From positions 1,107,062 through 1,171,061 of the forward strand of contig MU057809.1 in assembly GCA_013265495.1 (NCBI GenBank): 64,000 nucleotides of DNA, in the 5' to 3' direction. This DNA is from Vicugna vicugna. Taxonomy: Eukaryota. The translations under genes were made by a program, and so were the position numbers. Below, one piece after another: positions 11,991 to 23,405 of the stretch (position 1 is the stretch's first letter; each line of letters starts with the position of its first letter). The notes beneath the pieces are model-generated. The model was given only the letters and a program-made list of their open reading frames with translations. It made no database searches and had not been told where the DNA came from.

Positions 11991-13077
11991 CTGCAGGAGA
12001 GAAGGGGAGCACAGCTGCTCAGAGCAGGAGCCCCCACCGCCCCGGCCACTGCCACCACCTGCTGGCTCGGCACGTGGACTCCCACGTCACCCAGCCAAAC
12101 CCCGCTGTGGCCCAGGTCACATCATCCAGCACGCTCAGGGCATGTCCTCTACGCCATGAATCAGCTTGGACACCCATATCTCTAGGGCCAGCCAAGGCTC
12201 GTCTGCAACTTGGCGAAGAGAAAGAAGTGAAATATTTAAAAGTTAAGTGCAGGGGGGAAAAAAAAGCCCTCCTTTTCTCCAGACTCAAGAAAGGGGTTAG
12301 CACAAAAGAAACAGGCCAAGTAATTTTCTCCACCATCCTGCCAACACCATCGTTCTAATTCGTGAAAACCTGCACACTTGCTCCAGGAAAGGCCCCTGAC
12401 CCCGTGACAGCATTAAGCCCTAACCCTTCAGCTTCCTTAGAGACAAGCAGTCCCCACGAACCAGTCACAGAACAACAGAAGGTAAATCAGAGATTTCACA
12501 TCTAACCTGCAAACAAATGAACAGGGAACCCTGTTTAAAAGTCAGTTTGGTGTTCAGCACAAAGAAGACTTCAGAACTTTAGAGAAGAAAAAAGTCCTTT
12601 TCGGTTAAAAAATAAAGTACCCCTCAGGGTGGGGTAAGCCCTACTCCAACTAAATAAATGCAACAAACTGTAGCTCACACCTCTCCATTTTCATAATCTT
12701 TTAAGATGTGACTCACTTTCCCTGATTTATTCCTTAAAGTGCAAGATTTCTGGTTTACATTCTAACACAGAACTAATGACTGGACTGTTTTCATGTGTGA
12801 AACACTCAGCATTTTAGGATTTTAAACGTAGCTGCTTTTAATTGACCTCAAAGTTTAAGAAACAAACAAAGGCTTAATGTGTATCTGGGAGCCGCGAAGG
12901 GCCTCAGAGCGCCGCACAGGAGCTGAACATGACGCGCGCCGCAGCAGGTGCTCCCGGGCGGGCGCCTCCCAGCTCACAAGCACCGCAAGCTGCAGGAGGG
13001 AGGCCCAGCAACCCCACCTGTGCTTCCCCTCGCCCTTTACATCCACATCACAGCAGCCCAACCAGGCAGGAGAGCCG

Positions 13078-13245
13078 CGCACACACGCCACTCACTGAGC
13101 ACGTGCGTGCGTGTGCAAGTGCACATGTGTGCACACGAGTGTGTGAGCGTGTGAATATGCATGTGTGGCGTGTATGGGTATCTATGTACACGTGTGCACG
13201 TATGTGTGACTGTGTGCACGTGAGGGTGTGCATATGAAGTGTGTC
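13078..13245. repeat. Degenerate (GT/CA)n purine-pyrimidine tract
   Basis: gtgcgtgcgtgtgcaagtgcacatgtgtgcacacgagtgtgtg... Confidence 0.8.
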
Positions 13246-13829
13246 TGGGGGGAGGCACGTCCCCCAACTGAGAGTCCCCAATACCTTAATGGCTAAAAAT
13301 GCGTAGAGAGCACAGCTCTAGAAGGTACCTGTTCTCCCAAGTCATCCCAGGGTCCCAGCCCCTTTCTGTGTAAAAATATTTTAGTGACCTCAGAACTGTG
13401 TTTACAGTCTCCTCCAGGACCACAGGCAAACCGAGGGGCCGACCAGCATCTCTTAGCACTGGTTCCCGGCGATGAGAAAGGCGGGTCCCAGAGCTCGTTA
13501 ACTCATCGGCTCGGCAAAGAGCTGCGGCGAGTCCAAGTCCAGCTCAGCCAGGAACCTGCGCCGCGGCGACTCCCACTGCGCCCTGAGGGTCAGGACGCGG
13601 CGCCAGCCCGCAGCCTCCAGGAGGGCAGGGATTCACATGGCTCTTCCCAGGTGCGTCCTGGTGGCAAGGGGGGAGTCTGGCACGCGGCAGGCGCTCAAGG
13701 AACGTTTGCTGAGTGACTATTTCCTGATATTTACTGTATTTTCAGGAGGGAAACACAGCGCACCTCTGGGGGAAAGCAAAATCTTAACTGGAGCGCAGAA
13801 TATGTGGAAAAACGGGAAACAATAAAGCT

Positions 13830-14760
13830 AAAAGGTAATGTGGGAAGAGTTATTTTTGTCAGAGAAGATGCCTGCAGGTCATCCATCTGATGAAGCAACT
13901 ACACCTGGACTATGCGAAGGACCCCCCCCCACAACCCAGTGAGAACACGGACAAATAGCCCAGTCTTACAGTGGGCAGGTGCGGGCACAGAGACTTCCCC
14001 AAAGATGTACAAATGGCCGGACGCACGTGAAAATACGCCCAGCACCACTGCCTGCCATGGAAGTGCCAGCCGGGCCACCACACTGCCTCGACCGGAGAAG
14101 AAATGACGCTGACTGTCAGCGAGGACACGGAAAACCCTCACGCAGGCTGGTAGGTGTGTGGGTACTGCAGGCGGGCAGCTCCTCAGAACGTCAGAAACAG
14201 GGTTAGCATGGGGCCAGCAATCTCGCTCCCAGGCTCACACTCAGGAGAAATAAAAGCACCCACATGGAGACCTGCACACAAATGCCACAGCAGCACCGGC
14301 CACAGGAGCCAAAGACAGGAAGAACCCAAATGCCCACCGATGGACGACTGGACACATGAAAGCGCTCTACACACAGTGGAGTAGTATTCAGCCATAAAAA
14401 AGGTGTGGCTTCAGCTACAACGCAGACGAGCCTCGCAAACGTGACACTGAATGAAAACAGGTCAGTCATAAAAGACCTCTGTGGGGTGACTTCAGCTGCA
14501 TGAAACTGTCCAGGAAGGGAAACTGCAGAAGCAGAGCAGGTGAGTGCCTGCTGGGGGGCTGGGAGGGAATGGAGGGGTGGGGGTGGGGAGTGACTGCTAA
14601 CAAGTAAGGGGGGACGAGAAAATACGCTAAAATTGACTGTGGTGATGGCTGCACAACTCTAAACGTACTACAAACCACTGTATTAGACGTTTTATTCATT
14701 TTTATTAATTAACGTATTATACACTTTAAATGAGTAAACTGCCGGGTATATAAAGGATAC
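13830..14760 (+). mobile_element. Old L1 3' fragment (ORF2 end and 3'UTR)
   Basis: Degenerate L1 motifs such as aacccaaatgcccaccgatggacgactgga and gagtagtattcagccataaaaa; boundaries approximate. Confidence 0.75.
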
Positions 14761-14904
14761 AAACCCTCCAAATGTAAAATGTAGGTGACATCAGTAAGGA
14801 CCCCCCAAAACCCTCTCCTCCACAAAAGCAACGAGAACACTGTCAAAAATCGTCAGGATCCACCTTTTCAGAACACTAGAAAGTGGCTCAAAGTTGGTGG
14901 CGAT

Positions 14905-15258
14905 GCAGCGTGCTGTCACTGGTACGGGGGCCAGTTAAGTCGCAGGAAGGTCACAGCAGAGCAGGCGGGAGTCCAGTGCGACTGGCCTTCTTAGAAGAGG
15001 AGGCCACGCGGGACAGGGGCTCACAGACACGCGGGGAGGAGGCCACGCGGAGACAGGGTAGAGGCCGGGGCCGCAGCTGCAGCCCGGGGACGCCGAGGAC
15101 GGCTGCCCTGCGGGGCGGGCAGGAGGACCCTCCCCTGCAGGCTGCAGAGGGAGCGCGGCCCGCCAACACCCGGACCGCGGACCTCCAGCCTCCGCGAGTG
15201 TTGCTTTAAGGCACCCGGTGTGGTGCTTCCTCACGGCAGCCACAGGAAACCACGCTAG
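14905..15258 (+). mobile_element. MaLR LTR (MLT1-like), GC-shifted
   Basis: Characteristic MLT1 3' end (gacctccagcctcc...tgttgctttaaggcacccggtgtggtgcttcctcacggcagccacaggaaac). Confidence 0.7.
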
Positions 15259-15401
15259 AGAAGTCACAGAATTCGTTCAGAAAAGCTGCTCACAAGCAGC
15301 AAACAGTGGCAACCCCTGAAGGGGGATCTGATTTCCAGAGGTGCCACAACCAGTTTTCAACAAAGTTTCTAAGACGTGCAAAGAAATAAGAAAGTACATC
15401 C

Positions 15402-15535
15402 AGGGCGGGGAAGGTCTAGCTCAGCGGGAGAGCGCGCTCAGCTGCGCGAGGGCCTGGGTTCAGTCCCCAGCACTCTCACTAAAACCTAAACAGATGAATA
15501 AACCTAATTACCTCCCCCCCAAAATATAAAACACT
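15402..15535 (+). mobile_element. tRNA-Ala-derived SINE, diverged and GC-shifted
   Basis: Same head and AAACCTAATTACCTCCCC tail as other copies. Confidence 0.75.
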
Positions 15536-15544
15536 TCAAAAAAC

Positions 15545-15725
15545 AGAGTAAACAATAATGTTCTACTCTACATCGCACAGGGAACTATGCTCAATAGCTT
15601 GTAGTAACTTATAACGAAAAGAGTATGAAAAGGAGCGTATGTACACATGCACGGCTCAACCACTGTGCTGCACACCAGAAACTAGTGCAGCACTGAAAAT
15701 CAACCAGACGTCCATTTTAAAAAAT
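15545..15725 (+). mobile_element. L1 3'UTR fragment
   Basis: Similar to the 3' ends of the L1 copies at 35.5 kb and 39.4 kb (gcacagggaactat...tgctgcacaccagaaa). Confidence 0.75.
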
Positions 15726-16339
15726 TGACAAAGGATCTGCTTTGAGATTAACAGCCGATGGAGGCCAAAAGGCAGTGGGATGGCATTCCAACTGCCAAAA
15801 GGCAAAGAGGGCAACCAAGAATGCTACACCCAGCAAAACCATCCCTCCACAACCAAAGCAAAACCCCTCACCAGCCGGCCTTCCCCAGCGGGAAGGAGCC
15901 ACGTGAGAAGCAAAGCACATCCGCAAAGGTAACTGCGTTAGTAAACACAGACGGCGGCACGCGTGTACTGTGTACTGGAAACTTTTTCTTTTGAGCTGAT
16001 TTAAAAGACAGCTTTATAAAGCAATGACTATGTATCTGTTTTGATGGGCATATAATTGGTACAGGTGTAATCTGTATGGTAACAGCCCAGAAGGGGGAGA
16101 AAGAGTGAAGTTTTACAGGAGCAAAGTGTTTACCTGTTACTGAAATCAAATAGCATTCATCCAAGCTACACGGTTACGAACGTTGGCCGTAACCCCCAGG
16201 GCAATCCCTAACAAGATCACAACGAAAGTGCAGTAACCAAAGTAGTGAGGGCATGTGAACAGCGCACCGGAAAATGCCTACTTAATATTAAAAAAAAAGA
16301 GGAAAAATAAAAGTAACGGGAGCAAGACCACTGGAGAAG

Positions 16340-16720
16340 CACCAATCTGGAACCAACAAGGATGCCCGTTCTCCCCACTTCTATTCAGTGTAGTACTGGA
16401 AGTCCCAGCCACAGCAGTCAGACAAGAAAAAGAAGTAAGAGGGACCCAAACTGGAAGAGAAGAGGTAAAACTGTCATTATATGCGGATGATACCCTAAAG
16501 GCGCCACACAAAAACTGCTAGAGCTGATGAAAGAACTCGGCAAGGTCGCAGGACACAAGATTAACACTGAGAAATCAGAGGCATTTCGTCACACTGACAG
16601 ACAATGAACTCTCAGGAAAGGAAAGGAAAGGAACAATCCCTTTTAAAATTTCATCCAAAAAAATAAAACACTCAGGAATAAATCTGACCAAGGAAGTGAA
16701 AGATGACGTAAAGAAAGGGA
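16340..16720 (+). mobile_element. L1 ORF2 reverse-transcriptase fragment
   Basis: [45 protein letters not shown], the L1 RT QG.PLSP and YADD motifs. Confidence 0.92.
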
Positions 16721-18699
16721 AGGCACCCACGTTCTCAGGTTAGAGGCGCGCCAAGAGGTCTCTATCAAAAATGTTATGTAAGATTAAAATGAATACACGT
16801 GTAATGGGGAACACGTTGAAAACAGCCCCCCAAGGCAGAGTGCGAGCTCAGCGGTGATTCCCAAGTGATCTCGTGTGGCTGAAGAATCCGGACTCCGATC
16901 ACTGGAGAGCTTAAAAGACTAAACGCGAAAGGCATTTTAAATCAAAGACGCCACTCCCAACCACCTTAACCCCTCTGCAGAAGTTTCAATGATAAGAAAG
17001 CCAGGAATCCCAAACACCAATTTACTGAACTAGGACATTCACATTTTTGAGGAAAAAAAAATTTAAGAGTGAGAAAGAAGGGGGAAAGGTCATTTGAGAC
17101 AGGAGACGCTGTCCTGAGATGGGCCATACGCTGAGGAAAGGGCAGAAGAGCAGGGCCAAAGTTCTGGCTTTCCAGGAGTAAATGTCACGTTCACTGCAGG
17201 ACTTCACCACTCTTACCAAGGGAGTCTCCTAAAACCAGCACCTGGAAGATGCGCTGGACGCCAGCCCAGCGCCCACACAGCTCAGAGCAGATGAGAGAGG
17301 CCAGCCAGGCCCGTGTGGGTGGCTGCGGACAAAGGCAGGGCTCTCACCTTTGAGGTGGGCTGACATCCAGCGTCCAGCACTCCCAGCTAGGTGGTCTTGC
17401 GAGTGACCACCTCTGAGCTTTCAGCCCACACTCAGTAAGCTGGGGGCAAGGACGTCCAGTCCTGGGCCTGGTCATCACCCTCTGAGCCTTGACTATGGCA
17501 ACATCCCTGGATGGGCCTCCACCCCTGCTCTGACCCTTCCAGCACAAAAGGCTCTACCGTGGGGCTCACCTGGAGTCGAAAGCCCTGGCCTTGAAGAGCC
17601 ACCCCCTGTCCTGACACTGGGCCAGGGAGGGGCTCGGCCCCTCAGGCCAAGCGCCCTGGGCTAACACCAGCTCGCACCCACAGCCTTCGTGGGAACGGAC
17701 AGCAAAGCTGAGGATAACCAGCTCCCGGAAACACTCAGGAAACCTCGCCTCTCGTCCCAGCAGATTCTGCAAGTCCCTGAGAACAGCTTAGCACGTGCTC
17801 CCCACAACAGGTGTCAGGCCCTGGGCTCCCGCTGGCCCACAGATCAGGGCCCCGCATGCTGCGTGGACCGGGCCTCTCTGGGCATCTCGCTCCTCTGGCC
17901 CCAGGGTGACATGACAGGGAGCTGGCTCACTCCCAGGGCAGCCACCAACACACCGTGTGACCCCAAGTACCTGCCTTTGCCCCTCTGCAGCACGCAAAGG
18001 GAAATGGCCAACGAGCAGTATTTAATATCTGTTCAGCTCCGACATTCTGGGATTCTCTGAGTCGGTGATCCAAAACTCAAAGTAATGAAACTTCAAATGC
18101 AGCCAAAGACTATCCTTCCCAGCACACGTCCATCAGAGCCTTCAGGCAGGGATCCTGCCACCGGGACGCATCCGGAGGGTCAGCAGTAACATCTGGGGCC
18201 CATCCTCGCCAGGAAACAAACAGGATGTGCCCAATAAACCCCGCTGCCTGGCATGCCCTTGCTTCATCTCAGCACAGCGACACAGGGTCACAGACTGGGA
18301 GCCCCTGCACCGTGAGCACAGGCAGCCGCTCTCGGGGGCCCCCCGATTCTCACTGGCCCAAGTGTGGGGCTGCACTAAGCACGCGGAGATCCCCCTCACC
18401 CTGCTCAGCCAAAGCACCCCCAGGGGTCCTCCCTGCCGGCAGAGAGCCCTCCACAGTGGAAAGTGCCTTTCGAGCCATGAGAGGTCACACGGCCCCCAAA
18501 AGCAGCCAGAGAGGAAGGTCCCTATTGTCCCCATTTGGCTGCAGGGTGGACTCCAAGTTCAGCATTCCACCGCCATACGGGTCCGCCACCACTGCCGCCC
18601 TCAGCTGCTGGCCTGTCAGAACGCAGGAGGACAAGGACCGGCAAGACGTGGTGGTCACAGAGCCGAAGTCTCCAAACCGAGCCTGTATCGGGTCACCTG

Positions 18700-19420
18700 C
18701 AGGCTCCACCACACACGGATGGTAAGACAGCTATTAACGAAGAGAGACGGAAAGAAAGAGGCATTGGCACGGATGTGGAGGAACCAGAATCCTTGTGCGG
18801 CTGGTGGGCGCAGTAAAAATGGCGCGGCTGCTGTGTTAAGCAGTACAGCAGTTCCTCAAAAACTTACATACAGAATCACCATGGGATCCAGCCATCCCAC
18901 TTCTGGGCCTATATCCCAACGAACTGGAAGCAGGAACTTGAAGAAAGGTCTGCAAACCCATGTTCATAGCAGTATTATTCAGAACAGCCAAAAGCTGGAA
19001 TTACCCACTGACACGTGAACGCACAAACAAAGTGTGGTCCATTCGTACAGTGGAATATTATGCAGCCATGAACAGGAAGTCCTGACACCTGCTACATCGC
19101 GGATGAGTCCTGAGGACATGACACTCAGGGAAACAAGCCAGACACAGAAGGACAGACACCTTGCGATTCCACTCCTGTGAGGGTCCTACAGCAAATCCAT
19201 GGAAAAAGAAAGCGGGTGGTGGGTGCTTGGGGCTAGGGAGTAGTGGACGGGGAGAGAGTGTTCGACAGGGACAGAGCTTCAGGTCTGCAAGATGAAGTTC
19301 CAGAGCTCGACAGCACTGAGGCGGCACAGCACTGTGAACAGCGTGCTTCACACCACAGAACTGTGCACCCAGAAACAGTTACTAAATGTTATGTGGTATA
19401 TACTTTACAATTAGGAAAAA
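18700..19420 (+). mobile_element. Old L1 3' fragment
   Basis: gttcctcaaaaactta...atcccacttctggg...atgttcatagcagtattattca...tggaatattatgcagccatgaa. Confidence 0.8.
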
Positions 19421-19423
19421 CAC

Positions 19424-19533
19424 AGATTGCTGGGCCCCGCTCCCAGAGTCCAGGGTGGGGCCTAGGAATGTGAATTTCCAACACGCTTCCAGCCGCTACT
19501 GCAGGTCCGGGGCCCCAGCCTGAGAACCACTGT
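19424..19533. mobile_element. MER5A-like hAT remnant
   Basis: cagattgctgggccccgctcccagag...gggtggggcctaggaatgtg...tgagaaccactg. Confidence 0.6.
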
Positions 19534-20475
19534 CATGGGGCGAGCAGAGGGAGGGAGGGATTCAGTGCCTCGCCCAGGCCCGGGCCCCACCCCTGACCAG
19601 GAGCAGGTGCTCGTAAACGCTGCTGCATCTTGCATCATGTGGGGAACCAATGACATTCTGGACAACTTGCCCACCGAAATCACACAAAGTGGGGTCAGCA
19701 AATGCCCTCAACTTCCAACCCAAATATTCCTTCTCAGGCTCCTGAAACGGTTTCTGCCTTTGACTGCAAGCTTCTCTAAGCTACTCTGTTATTCTGAAAC
19801 CAGCAAACTGTTCTCAGGAAATGGAAGCAGAAGTTTCCTCCCCCTTAGCAGGGCCGTGGCGTCAGGAAGGGGAATCCAGCGGCCCGGCGGCCAGGGAGTG
19901 TTGGGGCGGCCCCGGACGCCAGGACGCAGGGCCGCCCCAGCGGCAGGCAGCTCGCCCTCGCTGACCTGTCGCTAGCCAGCTTCTCATTGCCACCAATTCA
20001 GGAGCTCCATCACACAACTTCGGCACAGCTCAATTTCACGACGTCTGAAGGTTTACCTGTCTTTAAACAACTTGCTTTATGTAACATTACAACATTTTGA
20101 AAGAAAACCCCTCCAGCCTGCACACACCCATGCACGTTTTGCGTATCACTCACCCCGTGCGCAGGGCTGTAGCACAACACAGTCTTCACACAGGTCCTGT
20201 CCGCAACGCCTGCTCAGAGAGCAGCCGCCTGCGCCCCCGCCCCAGCACGCTGGCACGTGTCACCGACGGACGCTGTGACAGACGCATGTCCACGTCCCGC
20301 TGTGAGAACACCAACCCCGTGAGGGCAGGCCTTCGTTTATTTTGGTCACGATGAGTGTCCCGACAGCCAAGAACAGTGCCCAGCCCACAGCAGGTGCTCA
20401 AGTAAGCATTTATGGACGGACAGAAGGAATCGAGTTCACAGGAGCAAAAAGGCCACATCAAGGATTCAAGGCCAG

Positions 20476-20722
20476 GTGGGGGGGGTGTAGCTCAGTGGGA
20501 GGACCCATGCTCAGCGTGCGTGAGGTCCTAGGTTCAATCCCCAGTACCTCCACTTAAAAAAGAAAGAAAGAAAAAAAAACTTGTAAGTGGGGAGGGTGTA
20601 GCTCAGTGATAGAGGGTGTACGTAGCATGCGTGATGTCCTGGGTTCAATCCCCAGCACCTCCATTAAATAAATAAACCAACCTACCTAATCACCTCCCTC
20701 CCACACACACACACACACACAC
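20476..20722 (+). mobile_element. Two tandem tRNA-Ala-derived SINE units ending in (CA)n
   Basis: Heads at about 20478 and 20589, each with TAGCTCAGT and GGTTCAATCCCCAG. Confidence 0.85.
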
Positions 20723-21394
20723 CAGAATTCAAGCCTGCGGTGTTTTCCTGAGCCGGGTAACCATCCCACGCCCTCCTGCCCCGACAAATCTCACTCAGGT
20801 CCCTCCGGGGACAGGAACCAGGCCCCAGCGAGCTGCAGCGAGAAGCAGCAGCTCACACAGAAGGGCTGTCAATGCGTGTGGCCACACAGAGCCCTGAGCG
20901 GTGACATCCTCACGCTGGCAGTGTCACCTGACCCCCACAGGGCCTCTGCCAAGTTGCTGCGCTATCCACTTATCCCCCGAAGAACAGAAGGCAAAAACCC
21001 TGCTTAGAGAAAGCTGCAAGGTGTCACATGGACAGGCAACCCACACAGCAAAAGAACAACATCCTTCATCTTCCTGCAGCAGCTGAAGTGCTTTCACCTT
21101 GAAGCAAAATACAAACAGGTAATCTCTTAAGGTCTCTTCAAGCCCTCCGGTGTTAGCTGAAAATTTCTGAACCAAATCCCTCCCAGTCTCCAAAGCTCGA
21201 GTCAAACACCCCTTCAGCAGTGAAATGTCCCCTGCGCCCCCAGGGGATCCTCTCGCGGCTGGCTCAAAAGTCCCGGCTGAGCTTCCGAAATCCACCTCGT
21301 TCATGAGCTTTTCCCACATACGACACCAGCTCCTCAGGGAGCTCGGATTTCCCAGCACTGCCCAGCACAGGGGTGGCACGTCGCACGTGCACCC

Positions 21395-22560
21395 AGGCGT
21401 GTTTTACAATGGACAACTGGGTTTCAAAACACAAAAGAGTTATGCCAGACCCCTTCCTCACACCACACACAACTCACTCAAAACGGAGAACAGCCCTCAA
21501 CGTAAGAGCCAAGACTACAACACTGCAGAAAACTGAGGGACAAATCTTCACGGCCATGGGTGAGGCAAACACCTTCTTAGTTATGACACCAAAAGCACCT
21601 ACAAGAGAACAAAACAGACCACCCGGGACTTCATCAAAATAAAGCCTGTTGTGCTGTGAAAGATACCGTCAAGACCGTGTAAGGATAACCCACAGAAACG
21701 GAGAAGACGCCTGTAAACCGTGTATCCGATGAGGGCCTTGGGTTTAAAAATACTCAAAGAATTCTTATAACTTAAGTTTTTAAAAAAAGATAAATGACCT
21801 AATTTTAAAGATGGACAAAGGATCCGAACAGACCTTTCTCCAAAGGAGACACGCAAAAGGCCAATGAGCACCTGGAAAGATGCCCGGCCACTGGGGTGGC
21901 TACAATCAGACAGACAGGCAGCAACAAGTGCTGGTGAGGATGTGGAGCAATCGGAACCTTGTGCTCTGCTGTGGGACAGCCCAGCAGCTCCCCAGAAGGC
22001 TACAGGCCACCCCGTGACCAGTGGCTCCACTCCGAGGTGTGTGCCCACGAGAAGTGAAACCCAACACCCACACAAAGATGCACACATGAGTGTCCACAGC
22101 AGCCTTAGTCATAGGCGCCAAGGCGCGGAAACAGCCTAACGTCCATCAACTGATGAAGGCACAAGTGAGATGGGAATCAGCCGCGCGGCGGACCACCACT
22201 CAGCCGGGGAAAGAAACACAGTACCAGCCCACGCCACAGCACGGACAAGCCCTGAAGACATTTAAGCTGCGAGCAGCCAGCCATGAAGGGCCACACGTTA
22301 TACGGTTCTGCTCACAGGAAATTCCCAGAACATGCAATTCTACACGGACAGCAAGGCCAGCGGCTGCCTGGCTGGGAGGGGCATGGGGGGGAGCACCGAC
22401 GGGCACCGGGCTCCTTGCAGGGACGCTGCGGACGCGCGTCGGTCGGCTGTGGCGACGGCTGCCCAACTGCTGGGAGGCGCCGCAAGCCACCGGCCTGCAC
22501 GCAAGCAGCAGGTGAACTTACACATGTGATGTGCACACAACACAATGCGAACTACACCTC
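21395..22560 (+). mobile_element. Old L1 ORF2 3' part and UTR
   Basis: gacttcatcaaaataaa, tatccgatgagggccttg, aagatggacaaaggatccgaacagacctttctccaaa, aacaagtgctggtgaggatgtggag. Confidence 0.8.
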
Positions 22561-23054
22561 AGGAAAGCTTCTGAAAGCGTTTTATGAAATCCTGCTTCTC
22601 GGCAGCTCTGGAGCCCACGGAAGGCGTGTCCTAGCCCAGCACTGTGCCGGGAACACAGCTGACTCGCCATCTCAATCAGAGGTGTCCCCTACGGCAGGAA
22701 AGGCCGCCCCCTGGGAAATCCTCTGGTTGGGTTTCAGGCTCAAGAAGGAAAGTCCAGCTGGTCCTGTCGCCACAGAAACCGCGAGGAACCGTGCTCAGTA
22801 CCCTGGGGACCTCCCTGGGGTCCACACGGCCGTGAAGCTGCAAGTCAGTCGAGGCAGAAGCGGCCACCGAGTGCCAAGAAACCACCAAGTTCCCCGTAAA
22901 CAAGCACGCTTTTCCCCTCTTACTCTTCCCATGACTTCAAAGGCCAGGATGACGACGGTCACCTGGCAGCCGTGGGCAGTACCAACCGCCGTTAGAGCAA
23001 GAGCCCTGACCAGTGGCACGTCTTTGCGTCTGAACCTCACTGGGTGCTTTCCAT

Positions 23055-23405
23055 AATATCTCCTTCATCCTGAAAACACTGCAAGTAGGCACCGTGACCC
23101 CATTTTTCAGACGTGGAAACTGGAGGCCCAGCCAGCAGCACAGCCTGCCCGAGGTCACAGACTTAGGCAGGCGATGCATCAGGTTGCCCATAACACCAGA
23201 CCCCGTGTTCCCTCCCTAACTCCCCAGGCCTTGTCCGACACCCAAAACACAGAGTGCCCCGTGCCTGGGGCAGAGGCCAGATGGACTTGGTGCAAATCCT
23301 CAATTCTTCTGTGACTGTGAACAAGCAGCTCACCTCTCTGCACTCAGTCTTCCCGTCTCTAAAATGGGGACAATACCATCTACATTACTGGTTGGCTCCA
23401 AGAAC
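23055..23405. mobile_element. MIR fragments (two, opposite orientation)
   Basis: cccattttcagacgtggaaactggaggc and acctctctgcactcagtcttcccgtctctaaaatgggga, the MIR core in both orientations. Confidence 0.6.

Noticed and set aside
16255..16521. Reverse-transcriptase YADD ORF as a novel RT system
   Set aside because: A short, broken fragment of ordinary L1 ORF2.
18227..19018. 263-aa ORF in SNX8 intron 1
   Set aside because: The 3' part is a decayed L1 read out of frame and the 5' part has no recognisable domain.
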